This document shows positions 1-14,772 of a DNA stretch of 64,000 bases, piece after piece; position 1 is the stretch's first letter; each line of letters opens with the position of its first letter. The notes under the pieces are model-generated. The model had not been told where the DNA came from. It did not search any database and worked only from the letters and a program-made list of their open reading frames with translations. The translations under genes and the position numbers were made by a program. Origin of the DNA: Armatimonadota bacterium (GTDB lineage Bacteria; Armatimonadota; HRBIN16); the NCBI GenBank assembly GCA_963677485.1, contig OY781964.1:3072001-3136000 (forward strand), written 5' to 3'.

Positions 1-539
1 ACGGCTCGATTGTAGGTTGGGGTAGAAATATAAACGGGCAATGCGACGCACCGATCCCAAACAGCGGCTTTGTGACAGTTGCAGCAGGTATCAACACCAC
101 CACCGCCATCCGCGGCACGCGGAACATCAGCGGGCAGGTGCAACTGGGCGGCTTCCTGGCGCCGCTGCCTTCGCAGCGGCTGACCGCCTGGATCGCCAGC
201 GCGTCAGACCCCACGGCCACGCAGTGCCTCAGCCTGCTGCCGGATACCAGCGGCAACTACACGCTTTCCAGTTACCTGCAGCCTCCGTATGACATCCGGG
301 TCAGCAGCCCGCACTTCCTGACAGCCAAAGCAGCCGGTCTGGCCGCAGGTCAGAACGCGAACGTCGCGCTGACCAACGGCGATGCCGATGGCGACAACCA
401 GGTCAATCTGTTCGATTTAGTCGTGCTAGACTCCAAGTTTGGTTCTGCCGATTCGATGGCGGACCTGGACGGCGACGGTCAAGTGAACCTGTTCGACTAT
501 GTGATTATCGACCGGCACTTCGGTGCCCAAGGGGAGTAA
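1..539 (+). CDS. 5'-truncated RCC1/BLIP-II repeat protein with C-terminal dockerin/EF-hand-like tail
   Basis: Frame open from position 3 (GSIVGWGRNINGQCDAP.., an RCC1-type repeat); C-terminus GDADGDNQVNLFD..DLDGDGQVNLFD..FG nearly identical to the next gene. Confidence 0.85.
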   Translation, partial: GSIVGWGRNINGQCDAPIPNSGFVTVAAGINTTTAIRGTRNISGQVQLGGFLAPLPSQRLTAWIASASDPTATQCLSLLPDTSGNYTLSSYLQPPYDIRVSSPHFLTAKAAGLAAGQNANVALTNGDADGDNQVNLFDLVVLDSKFGSADSMADLDGDGQVNLFDYVIIDRHFGAQGE

Positions 540-591
540 GGCTCAAGACGACATGCCCATGATCGTCGTCTGGCTATAAAGGAGCATATCA

Positions 592-2745
592 ATGATATCC
601 TCGCGAACCAAACACTTAAGCACCCTCTGGGGTTGCCTGCTGTGGCTTGTGACACTGTCGTGCAGTCTGCCCCTCTTTGCGCAGTCTGGCACCGTGGAGG
701 CTTGGGGACGGAGCCATATACTTCCAGGTGATCTTTCGGGCTTCTCTGCCGTGGCAGCGGGATATAGGCACTCTGCAGGTTTAAAACTTGACGGATCAGT
801 TGCATGTTGGGGTGATAACAGTCAAGGCCAGTGCGAGCTACCAGCACCTAACCAAGATTTCATTGCGATATCGGCAGGTGGCCTACACTCGATGGGACTA
901 AAAAAAGACGGTTCTATTCAATGCTGGGGCAGCAACACTAATGGGCAGTGTGACATACCTGCTCCCAATAGCGAATTTATCGCGGTTTCGGCTGGATATG
1001 ACCATTCGATAGCTCTGAAAAGTGATGGATCTGTGGTTTGTTGGGGTGACAACACTTTTGGTCAGTGCCAGGTTCCCGCTCCTAACACCGATTTCGTGGC
1101 TGTAGACACTGGTTATTACCACTCAATAGGGTTGCGGAGAGATGGATCGGTAGTCTGTTGGGGTAATAACGGGCAAGGACAATGTGAGGTGCCTGTAGCG
1201 AATAGTGGCTTTATCGCTGTTTCGGCAGGGTATTTCCATACCATTGGATTGAAGTCTAATGGGTCGATTGTTTGCTGGGGCATGAATCAAGCAAATCAAT
1301 GCACGGTACCCGATCCCAATACGGACTTTGTCAGTGTGGAAGCAGGTGCCGTTCATTCAGTCGCTATCAAACGCGATGGCTCCTTCGTCAGTTGGGGCTG
1401 GAACGAATATGGCCAGTGTGACACACCTGCACCTAACCAGCAATTCGTGTCCGTTTCGGCTAATCACGGGCAAACCATAGGGTTAAAGCGTAACGGACAA
1501 GTGGTCTGCTGGGGTAGCAACGACTATGCCGCATGCAATATCCCTGGTATCAATGCCGAATTCACGGCCGTCTCCACGGGTGATGAACATGCCATGGGAT
1601 TGAGGAGTGATGGATCGGTCGTGTGCTGGGGCAATAATGACAGTAACCAATGCAGCGTTCCTACACCAAACCAGAATTTCACGGCAGTGAAGGCGGGAAG
1701 CCATCACTCAGTCGGGTTGAAGACCAGCGGTTCAGTCGTGTGTTGGGGAGCAAATGACACGCACCAATGTGATGTTCCGACACCAAACGAGGGCTATGTC
1801 GCCATATCAGCAGGATATGCGCATACTGCTGGTGTGAAAAGCGATGGCTCTATTGTGTGTTGGGGTGACAATGCATCGGGCCAATGCAGCGTGCCTGAAC
1901 CAAATAGTGACTTTGATGCCGTAGCCGCTGGTGGCTCATCTGCTGGTGCTCACACAGTCGGCCTAAAGCGTAATGGAACCATCGTGTGTTGGGGAATTAA
2001 CAGTTCAGGCCAATGCAACGTTCCTGAGCCGAATGCGGATTTTGTCGCGGTGGCAGCAGGGGCTTGGCACTCAGCAGGATTGAAAAGCGACGGCAAGATT
2101 GTCTGTTGGGGGTCAAACGTATATGGTCAATGCGACGTACCTATTCCGAACACCGGTTTTGTCGCCGTTCAAGCCGGGAATTTCCATACGATCGGTTTAA
2201 AACGCGATGGTTCGATGGTCTGTTGGGGTGACAACACAGCTAAGCAGTGCGTCATATCAAGTCCGAACCTTGGGTTCATCGCTATCGGTGCCGGACACTA
2301 TTCGTCTATCGCTATCCGCGGAACGCGGAACATCAGCGGTCAGGTGCAACTGGGCGGCTTCCTGGCACCGCTGCCTTCACAGCGGCTGACCGCCTGGATC
2401 GCCAGCGTATCAGACCCCACGGCTACGCAGTGCCTCAGCCTGCTGCCGGATGCCAGCGGCAGCTATACGCTTTCCAGTTACCTGCAGCCTCCGTATGACA
2501 TCCGGGTCAGCAGCCCGCACTTCCTGATGGCCAAAGCGGCCGGTGTGGCCGCAGGCCAGAACGCGAACTTCGCGCTGACCAATGGCGATGCGGATGGCGA
2601 CAACCAGGTAAACCTGTTCGACTTCGTAGTGCTGGATTCCAAGTTTGGTTCTGCTGATCCCATGGCGGACCTCGACGGCAGCGGTCAGGTGAACTTGTTC
2701 GACTATGTGATCATCGACCAGCACTTCGGTGCCCAGGGGGAGTAA
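592..2745 (+). CDS. Secreted RCC1/BLIP-II-like beta-propeller protein (14 repeats of ~39 aa) with dockerin-like C-terminal domain
   Basis: Signal-peptide-like N-terminus; repeated GSxVCWGxNxxGQC..F.AVSAGxxHSxGLKxD units; paired DxDGDxxVNLFD motifs; RBS aaggag. Confidence 0.9.
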   Translation: MISSRTKHLSTLWGCLLWLVTLSCSLPLFAQSGTVEAWGRSHILPGDLSGFSAVAAGYRHSAGLKLDGSVACWGDNSQGQCELPAPNQDFIAISAGGLHSMGLKKDGSIQCWGSNTNGQCDIPAPNSEFIAVSAGYDHSIALKSDGSVVCWGDNTFGQCQVPAPNTDFVAVDTGYYHSIGLRRDGSVVCWGNNGQGQCEVPVANSGFIAVSAGYFHTIGLKSNGSIVCWGMNQANQCTVPDPNTDFVSVEAGAVHSVAIKRDGSFVSWGWNEYGQCDTPAPNQQFVSVSANHGQTIGLKRNGQVVCWGSNDYAACNIPGINAEFTAVSTGDEHAMGLRSDGSVVCWGNNDSNQCSVPTPNQNFTAVKAGSHHSVGLKTSGSVVCWGANDTHQCDVPTPNEGYVAISAGYAHTAGVKSDGSIVCWGDNASGQCSVPEPNSDFDAVAAGGSSAGAHTVGLKRNGTIVCWGINSSGQCNVPEPNADFVAVAAGAWHSAGLKSDGKIVCWGSNVYGQCDVPIPNTGFVAVQAGNFHTIGLKRDGSMVCWGDNTAKQCVISSPNLGFIAIGAGHYSSIAIRGTRNISGQVQLGGFLAPLPSQRLTAWIASVSDPTATQCLSLLPDASGSYTLSSYLQPPYDIRVSSPHFLMAKAAGVAAGQNANFALTNGDADGDNQVNLFDFVVLDSKFGSADPMADLDGSGQVNLFDYVIIDQHFGAQGE

Positions 2746-2822
2746 ACTTCATCGGGTGGTGGGAGATCGGCTCACCGCCCGCCACCTGCTACACGGCTAT
2801 ATAAAGGGAATGGTCAGCATAC

Positions 2823-3341
2823 ATGAAAACCAAAAAGCAAGAAGAATTGGTGACGACATATCTTTCTCAGTTGGGTTATGATATCAGCCCGCTATACCAC
2901 GACATCATCATGTATCTGTCGGAACTAGGATATAATCCCAAAAAAGAGAAGTCATATATTTCCTTCAAACACGACCTGCATAATAAACAGATCGCAAAAA
3001 TGTGTACCAAAATAAGCAAGAATGCCGATATAACCCCGGTTTTCTCGTTGAGATTTTCAGCTTGCCGTGGATACTCCCAAAGGTTCACCGACATTGTGAG
3101 TGCGGCCATTATCAAGTATCCGAGTAAAGTCCCCCTTTGTTTGGACAACGGCTGTCATTATTGTGCAGGCGAACCCTCTACGCACGTATACACCTGCACA
3201 TTTCCAGACGGAGAGAGTAAGTTTCATTGCGGCGCATATGCACTCGAGATTCCGGGTATTACTGCGGGTGATATCTGTGAAATCAAGCAGCTCATCAAGG
3301 ATGAGCACGAATACTTGATGGCACATGAAGTGAGGCAATAG
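2823..3341 (+). CDS. Hypothetical protein with Cys cluster, AT-richer
   Basis: 172-aa ORF with CLDNGCHYC..C..HCG; no family recognised. Confidence 0.7.
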   Translation: MKTKKQEELVTTYLSQLGYDISPLYHDIIMYLSELGYNPKKEKSYISFKHDLHNKQIAKMCTKISKNADITPVFSLRFSACRGYSQRFTDIVSAAIIKYPSKVPLCLDNGCHYCAGEPSTHVYTCTFPDGESKFHCGAYALEIPGITAGDICEIKQLIKDEHEYLMAHEVRQ

Positions 3342-3408
3342 GGCATCAGGTGACTATGGTAAGTATTTATTCGGTAAAGATGCACTATCATCAGACATCC
3401 CTACGGGC

Positions 3409-3597
3409 ACCCACGGAGTGGGTACTTTCTTATAGCCACGGGTAAGCGAAAGCGCAACCCGTGGTTAAGTGCTCCGAATTCCTACCCCGAAGTGGGTCGT
3501 ACCTATTCGTGCAAACCGTTCATCCAAGTGACTGAAGACGAAACCCGTCCGGGGTAAATGGTTTCTAGATCGCCTACCACGGGTTACGCTGATGCTT
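3409..3597. repeat. Long imperfect inverted REP-like element (ccacgggt..acccgtgg type)
   Basis: Hairpin ccacgggtaagcgaaagcgcaacccgtgg 3436-3464, flanking accc..gggt mini-hairpins, inverted partial copy from ~3542. Confidence 0.55.
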
Positions 3598-3607
3598 GTA
3601 AGTAACT

Positions 3608-3695
3608 GGTCGTAGGGGCGTCCCTTGTGGGCGCCCTAAAGTAAAACTATCGGATGACAACGATTAGGGCGCCCACAAGGGACGCCCCTACGACC
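3608..3695. repeat. GTAG-type REP doublet
   Basis: Perfect 32-bp inverted repeat ggtcgtaggggcgtcccttgtgggcgccctaa (3608-3639 / 3664-3695). Confidence 0.85.
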
Positions 3696-3722
3696 GTATC
3701 AGTTACAGCGTAAGCCACCCCT

Positions 3723-4622
3723 TTATGCTCCGACATGGCAATCAGCATGAACCCAAATCCTTGCCGCGCTATGCAGCACTTGAACACTAATCGGGGTCTG
3801 GCCGCAGATATCACCATCAATCAGCACAGGAGAGGCACTGAGGGTCTCGATACTCACATGGGTGCCCTTCCAGGCACACACACTGGGATGCTCCAGATGC
3901 GTGCCCGCAAACACCCGAGGCAGGTTGCGCAGGAACTCAATTCGGCTGACACTTTTCACCAGCACCACATCCAGTAGGCCATCATCGACTCTGGCTTGCG
4001 GGGCCACCTTCATGCCTCCGCCGTAACACTGCGCATTCGCCACTGCCACTAACAAGGCGTCGCCTTCCCATATCTGCCCGTCTATATTCAGCTTCAACGA
4101 AGTAGGCTTGAGGTGGACCACCTCTTGAAACACTGCGGTCAAGTAGGCGAAAGCCCCTCCGGTCAGGCGAAACCGCTTGTTGATGCGCTCTGCGACGACC
4201 GCATCAAATCCCAGACTGGTGATGTTGATAGACTGGCAGGCACCACCGTTCACGTCCAGCAGATCGATGTCGACCGCGTGACCATGTAACGCCAAATGAG
4301 CTGCCTCGGTGGGGTTGGTCGGTAAGCCGAGGGTTCTGCACAGGTCATTTCCGGTGCCCGCAGGGATGATCCCGGTGGGGATACCCGAACCCGCCAGGCC
4401 ACTGACCACCTGCGAGATGGTGCCATCGCCACCACACGCAAACACGATATCGGGTTGATCCGCCACCGCCTCGGCAGCCAGACGCTGGGCCTCTCCCGGG
4501 CAGGTGGTGAACAGGCTGCTCACCTGCCATCCTGCCGCAGAAAAGCATGCTTCAGCGAGATGCGCGGCGGCAAGCCCTCGATGACGCCCAGACACTGGGT
4601 TCGCGATGATGAGTACCTTCAA
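3723..4622 (-). CDS. Diacylglycerol/lipid kinase family protein (YegS/DagK-like)
   Basis: NPxSG, GGDGT, PAGTGND, YGGG, DGD motifs; TTG start at 4622 after GGGAG. Confidence 0.9.
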   Translation of the reverse strand: MKVLIIANPVSGRHRGLAAAHLAEACFSAAGWQVSSLFTTCPGEAQRLAAEAVADQPDIVFACGGDGTISQVVSGLAGSGIPTGIIPAGTGNDLCRTLGLPTNPTEAAHLALHGHAVDIDLLDVNGGACQSINITSLGFDAVVAERINKRFRLTGGAFAYLTAVFQEVVHLKPTSLKLNIDGQIWEGDALLVAVANAQCYGGGMKVAPQARVDDGLLDVVLVKSVSRIEFLRNLPRVFAGTHLEHPSVCAWKGTHVSIETLSASPVLIDGDICGQTPISVQVLHSAARIWVHADCHVGA

Positions 4623-4721
4623 AAATGCTCCCCTCACGGCATTGATATCAACTAGTTCAGTTGCATTATAGCAACACACCACCCGGGCGCGGTTGCCTGA
4701 GGTGTCAGCTCGAGCGGTTAC

Positions 4722-5444
4722 TTGACCCTGAAAACATCAAGACCGGCGCGGTTAGGAGAAAACCGCCCCGGACTCAGGCAATTGTTAGTGTTCAAGAAAA
4801 TATTGCCTATGTCCGGGGCGGACTTCCAGTAGGCATGCTGCAACAGAAGGCTATAGACCGCGCCGGTCTGGCGGATAGCCTGAAACCGCTCGACCCTGAA
4901 AACATCAAGCCCGGTTCGGCTAGGAGAAAACCGCCCCGGACTCAGGCAATTGTTAGTGTTCAAGGAAATATTGCCTATGTCCGGGGCGGTCTTACAGTAG
5001 GCTTGCGGCAACAGAAGGCTATAGACCGCGCCGGTCTGGCGGATAGCCTGAAACCGCTCGACCCTGAAAACATCAAGCCCGGTTCGGCTAGGAGAAAACC
5101 GCCCCGGAATCAGGTAATTGTTAGTGTTCAAGAAAATATTGCCTATGTCCGGGCGGTCTTCCAGTAGGCATGCTGCAACAGAAGGCTATAGACCGCGCCG
5201 GTCTGGCGGATAGCCAGAAACCGCTTGACCCTAAAAACATCAAGACCGGCGCGGTTTGGATGAAACCGCCCCGGACTCAGGCAATTGTTAGTGTTCAAGA
5301 CGATCATTGCCTATGTCCGGGCGGTCTTACAGTAGGCTTGCGGCAACAGAAGGCTATAGACCGCGCCGGTCTGGCGGATAGCCTAAAACCGCTTGACCCA
5401 AAAACATCAAGACCGGCGCGGTTAGGAGAAAACCGCCCCGGACT
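4722..5444. repeat. Tandem array of ~168-bp palindrome-rich units (4 full + 1 partial; family A)
   Basis: Units start at 4722, 4890, 5058, 5225, 5393; each has four ACCGC(G/C)CCGG-like cores in inverted pairs. Confidence 0.95.
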
Positions 5445-5509
5445 GAGCCAAATAATAACAAAGATTGTTGCTCAGGCGCATTATGGGCCAATGTATGCCG
5501 TATGTACGC

Positions 5510-5541
5510 AGAAATGGGACGGTGTGACCCGTCCCATTTCT
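5510..5541 (-). terminator. Hairpin downstream of rpoC, probable intrinsic terminator
   Basis: agaaatgggacgg-tgtgac-ccgtcccatttct perfect stem; weak U-tract. Confidence 0.6.
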
Positions 5542-5587
5542 TTGCTGGCAGTGTTGCCTGCCGATGATTAGCTAACTAGAGAGCTGA

Positions 5588-10239
<4,652 letters not shown>

Positions 10240-10243
<4 letters not shown>

Positions 10244-13200
10244 TGAGGTAAGCCTCCTCTGAGGTCGTGAGAGGTCAAAGGCCGACGCGTCATGCTGTCT
10301 GCGTCTTCCTCATCCTGCAAGCTGAGTTCCTTGTCGGAGTGGTCAAATACACTGACTTTTAAGCCGAGTGATTGCAGCTCTTTGACGAGAATCTTGAATG
10401 ATTCCGGAATACCGGGTTCATTCATCGGCTCACCCTTCACGATCGCCTCATACACCTTCACACGGCCCACTACGTCGTCAGACTTAAGGGTCAGCATCTC
10501 TTGAAGGGTATTGGCAGCACCGTATGCCTCCAGTGCCCACACTTCCATTTCACCGAAGCGCTGGCCACCGAACTGTGCTTTACCGCCCAGGGGCTGTTGG
10601 GTTACCAGACTGTATGGACCGGTAGATCGTGCGTGTATCTTATCGTCTACCAGGTGGTGCAGCTTCAGCATGTAGATGTAGCCCACGGTCAGCGGGTTGT
10701 CGAACTCTTCACCGGTCTGTCCATCGCGAACGAGGCACTTTCCGGTTTTTTCGTCGACGCCACACCTGTTCCATGTGTTCAGCTTGATCTTCTGCCATAT
10801 CTCTTCAAGCGGCTCAGGGTTGTAATTGACGTATCCTGCACCTTGGCCCAGTTGAACGCTATCGACAGCGGGCATCACGCCTGTTTCGCTCATCAATAAC
10901 GGGCTCAGTTCGGGTGCTGCATTGACGAGTTCTGCGATACGCTTCAGTTGGTCTGGCGCGGTTCGCTTCAGAGCATCAATGGTGGCATCACGTAGAGTGT
11001 CCTCTTCGTTAGCGTCGTCTGTAATGGCTAGTTCGGGCAGCACGATGCCAAGTTCCTGACCTAGATAGTTCCTGAGCACCGTCTCACGCATTGTGCGTGC
11101 CATACGGGCCAGTTCAGTCAGAATCTCTTTTTCGTTCGCGCCCTGGAATGCCGGGTTAGCGTAACTATATCCGAAGAAGTGACCAGGCCAGCCAAGGTGA
11201 GTTTCCATGATCTGTCCGATATTCATACGAGAAGGCACGCCTAACGGGTTCAACACGATGTCCACCGGGGTGCCATCGGGCAGGAACGGCATGTCCTCAT
11301 CGGGCAGGATCTTAGAGATAACACCCTTGTTGCCGTGACGTCCGGCCATCTTATCGCCTTCCATCACTTTGCGCTTCTGGGCTACGTATACACGCACCAG
11401 CATATTCACGCCTGCGGGTAGTTCATCTGCCGGCTGCTTCTCCACATCGCCACCGCAGCTGCGGCACATGACCGCTTCTTCCGGCTTTTTGCTCAGTTGT
11501 GTGATCTTGTGGCAAGATTTGCACTTGAAGTTGTAGCGGCTGAACACTTTGACGTCAACCACTTTGCCTTTTTCACCATGCGGCAGCTTCAGAGAGACGT
11601 CGCGTGTCTCTTCAGCCTTCTTACCAAAGATCGCAATGATCAGCCGCTCTTCAGCGGTGAGCTCACTTTGTCCCTTGGGCTGAACTTTACCTACAAGCAG
11701 GTCTTCAGGACGAACCTGAGCACCGATGCAGATAATACCGTTCTGGTCGAGGTCTTTGAGTGCGTCTTCGCTGATGTTCGGGATATCACGGGATATCTCT
11801 TCCGGTCCCAGCTTAGTATCACGCGCTTCCACTTCGTATCGCTCCATATGGATAGAGCTGTATACGTCGTCACGCACCATTCGCTGGCTGACCAAAATCG
11901 CATCTTCGTAGTTGTAGCCGTTCCATGGCACAAATGCTACCAGCAGGTTCTTACCGAGTGCCAGTTCACCGTTGTCGGTGCAGGGGCCGTCGGCAAGCAA
12001 CTGACCGGCTCGCACGCGCTGACCGGGGAATACCACCGGACGCTGCGAAACACATGTGCTCTGGTTGCTTTGCATATTGTTGATGACGCTGTATCGGTCG
12101 ATCGCACCATTGGTGTTCATGATCGATATAGACTCAGCCGTCACGTGGCGAACCACACCGCTATTGCGGGCCAGGATCATTACGCCAGAGTCTCTCGCGG
12201 CGCGGCCTTCAAAGCCGGTCTTAACCAGCGGAGCATCGCTTCGCAGCAGCGGCACAGCCTGCTTCTGCATGTTCGAGCCCATCAAGGCGCGGGTCGCGTC
12301 GTCGTTCTCAAGGAAGGGGATCAATGCAGAGGCGATCGACACCAACTGCACCGGAGCCACATCCATGAGGTCAACTTGAGCCTTCTTCACAACCGGGTAG
12401 ATAGTCTCCAGGTTGTTTAGGTGGCGCACCTGAACCATTTCGTCCTTGAGGTGACCATGGCTGTCCACACGGGTATCACCAGGGGCGATACGGCGGTCTT
12501 CATCCAGCTCTGCAGAGAGGTAGATGATGTCCTCGAGTACCTTGCCATCTTTGACGATGCGGTAAGGCGTCTCGATGAAGCCGAACTCGTTGACTTGAGC
12601 GTAGGTGGCCAACTGAGAAATCAGGCCGATGTTCGGGCCTTCAGGGGTCTCAATCGGGCAGATACGTCCGTAATGGCTATCATGAACGTCACGCACTTCC
12701 AGCGTGGCACTCTGTCGGGTTAAACCGCCAGGTCCTAGTGCTGAGAGACGTCGTTTGTGGGTCAGTTCGCTTAACGGGTTGGTCTGATCCATGAACTGCG
12801 ACAACTGGCTGCTGCCAAAGAAGCTCTTGATCGCAGCGGACACCGGCTTGATAGCCAGAATCACCTGCGGGATCACTTCCGCATCCTGTGCGGTCATTCG
12901 CTCCTTGGCCACTTTCTCCATGCGCAGGAAGCCGTTGCGAAGCTGGCTTTGCAGCAGCTCACCGACGGCGCGGACGCGCTTGTTCTTCAAGTGGTCAATT
13001 TCGTCCACTTCACCCACACCGGAGCACAGCTTCACAAGGTAGTGAAGGGTGGCCACGAAGTCTTCCTTCGTGATGGTGCGGACATCCAGCCCCATGTGAA
13101 TACCCAGCTTGCGGTTCAGCTTATAACGGCCAACACGCGCCAGGTCGTAACGGCGGTTGTCGTAGAACTGGCTGTGAATCAAGCTCTTAGCCGATTCATC

Positions 13201-14532
13201 AGTCGCGGGATCGCCAGGGCGCATTTTGCCGTAGATGTGCAGCAATGCCCACCGGCTGTTCATCACAGCTGTGGCAGCATCACGTTTGCGGCTGTTGCGT
13301 GCCTTATCTTCTTCGTATGCCTGAATCTCGTCTACCAGCGTAGCTGTAATGAGCGCAGGCACTTTCAGCAGCTTGATAGAGGCCAGACCGTAGTCGGCAA
13401 TAGACTTGGATAAAGGCTCGTTGATGTGGCTCCACGGCGGAATGGTGGTCGATCCTATTTGGATTGGCTCCACTGTCCACATGCCCCAGCCGGCTTCATT
13501 TTCAAAGTCCTTGCGGAAGAGATCTTCTCGAGTGGGGTTGCTGAATTCCACGGGCTCGCCGAAGAGGTGAAGTATGTCTTCGTTGGTGTCTGCCGCACTG
13601 GAGATCGCAACTTCCATCTCCAGCATCTCGTCGCTCAGTCCCTGAAGGAACTCAGAGGTGATGCGGCCACCTGAGGGGACAACTAAACCATTCGAGCTGT
13701 TAACCAGATCGTCCGTGTTAAGAGCAGGAGCAGTTTTGTAGTAATCTTCTACCTTCTCATTTTCGACCTGTTCCCGTGTGATTTCGCCTGTGTTTTCGTC
13801 AACCACATCAACGTAACCGCGGCTGACGGCACCTTCAAACATGCGGTTGATCGCATTTTTGAGTGGCATGTAGAGCGGCTGATGGGCCTCATCAAATGCA
13901 TTAAGGGCGCGGAGCAGCGTGGTGATGAATATCGGCTTACCTTGCCCGATTTTTACCTTCACCACGTCATCGGAGGCGGTATCCACCTCTATCCACGGGC
14001 CCTCGTTAGGAATCACTTTTGCACCGAAGATGTTCTTATGGGCCAGGAATGTTTCCAGCCAGACACCTGTCGGCGCTCCCTTGCGGAATATCTTGTCGAA
14101 GACGTTCTCGAAATAGACGCCCGAGGAGCGAATCAACTGGCTGACCACGACGCGTTCTCGCCCATTGATGATGAAAGTTCCCTTATCTGTCATCAAAGGC
14201 AAGTCGCCGAGGTAAACCTCAGATTCGGTGATCTCCATAGGGACACCACCCTCAACGCGACCATACCGTACCTTCGCACGAATAGGCACCTCGAAGGTCA
14301 TGTCGCGGTCGCGGCACTCTTCAAGGCTATATTTCGGTTCACCCAGAGTGTAGTCGAGCATTTCGACAAACTGCTGGTTTGTAAAATCGTAAATTGGGGA
14401 AAAGTCGTGGAAGAGCTCCTTTAGGCCCTCTTCCAGAAACCACTTGTAGGATTTTAGTTGCACAGATATGAGGTTTGGAAGTTCTTGTCTGTACGGGGTT
14501 TTGGACTTATCCGAGTAGTGAGTCTTGATCAA
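10240..14532 (-). CDS. rpoB: DNA-directed RNA polymerase subunit beta
   Basis: [42 protein letters not shown]; likely TTG start at 14532 after AGGAGG. Confidence 0.99.
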
Positions 14533-14568
14533 TTCGGGTACCCTCCTACGGCCTGCACGCAAATAGTA

Positions 14569-14597
14569 ATTATTACACAGAAATTCCAAGACGTCAA
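14569..14597 (-). promoter_or_regulatory. Sigma70-type promoter for rpoBC
   Basis: TTGACG-17 nt-AATAAT on minus strand ~35 nt upstream of the start. Confidence 0.55.
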
Positions 14598-14772
14598 GTT
14601 TTAGTCATTTGGCCGGGTTTTTCACCCTGTGCCACTCAAATGACCTGTTTTGCGTCTTGGTAAGCCAAGATCCCCTGTTGCTATATGCAGTGCACTGCAT
14701 AAAACTGTGCAACCGTTACATTTACAATTACTGGCAAAAGTGAACAGCCGCAACCGGGAGTATTTCGAACCT

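Noticed and set aside
108-2745. DGR template/variable repeat pair
   Set aside because: Differences are not adenine-specific, both copies are coding, and there is no reverse transcriptase
4722-5444. CRISPR array
   Set aside because: Whole 168-bp units repeat with no unique spacers, and no cas genes are present
4661-5571. ORFs 4661-5167, 4718-5131 and 5170-5571 as repeat proteins
   Set aside because: They arise because 168 is divisible by 3; indels break the frame and the DNA is palindromic
12735-12830. Rifampicin-resistance substitutions in RpoB cluster I
   Set aside because: Key Q, D, H, S residues match the sensitive consensus
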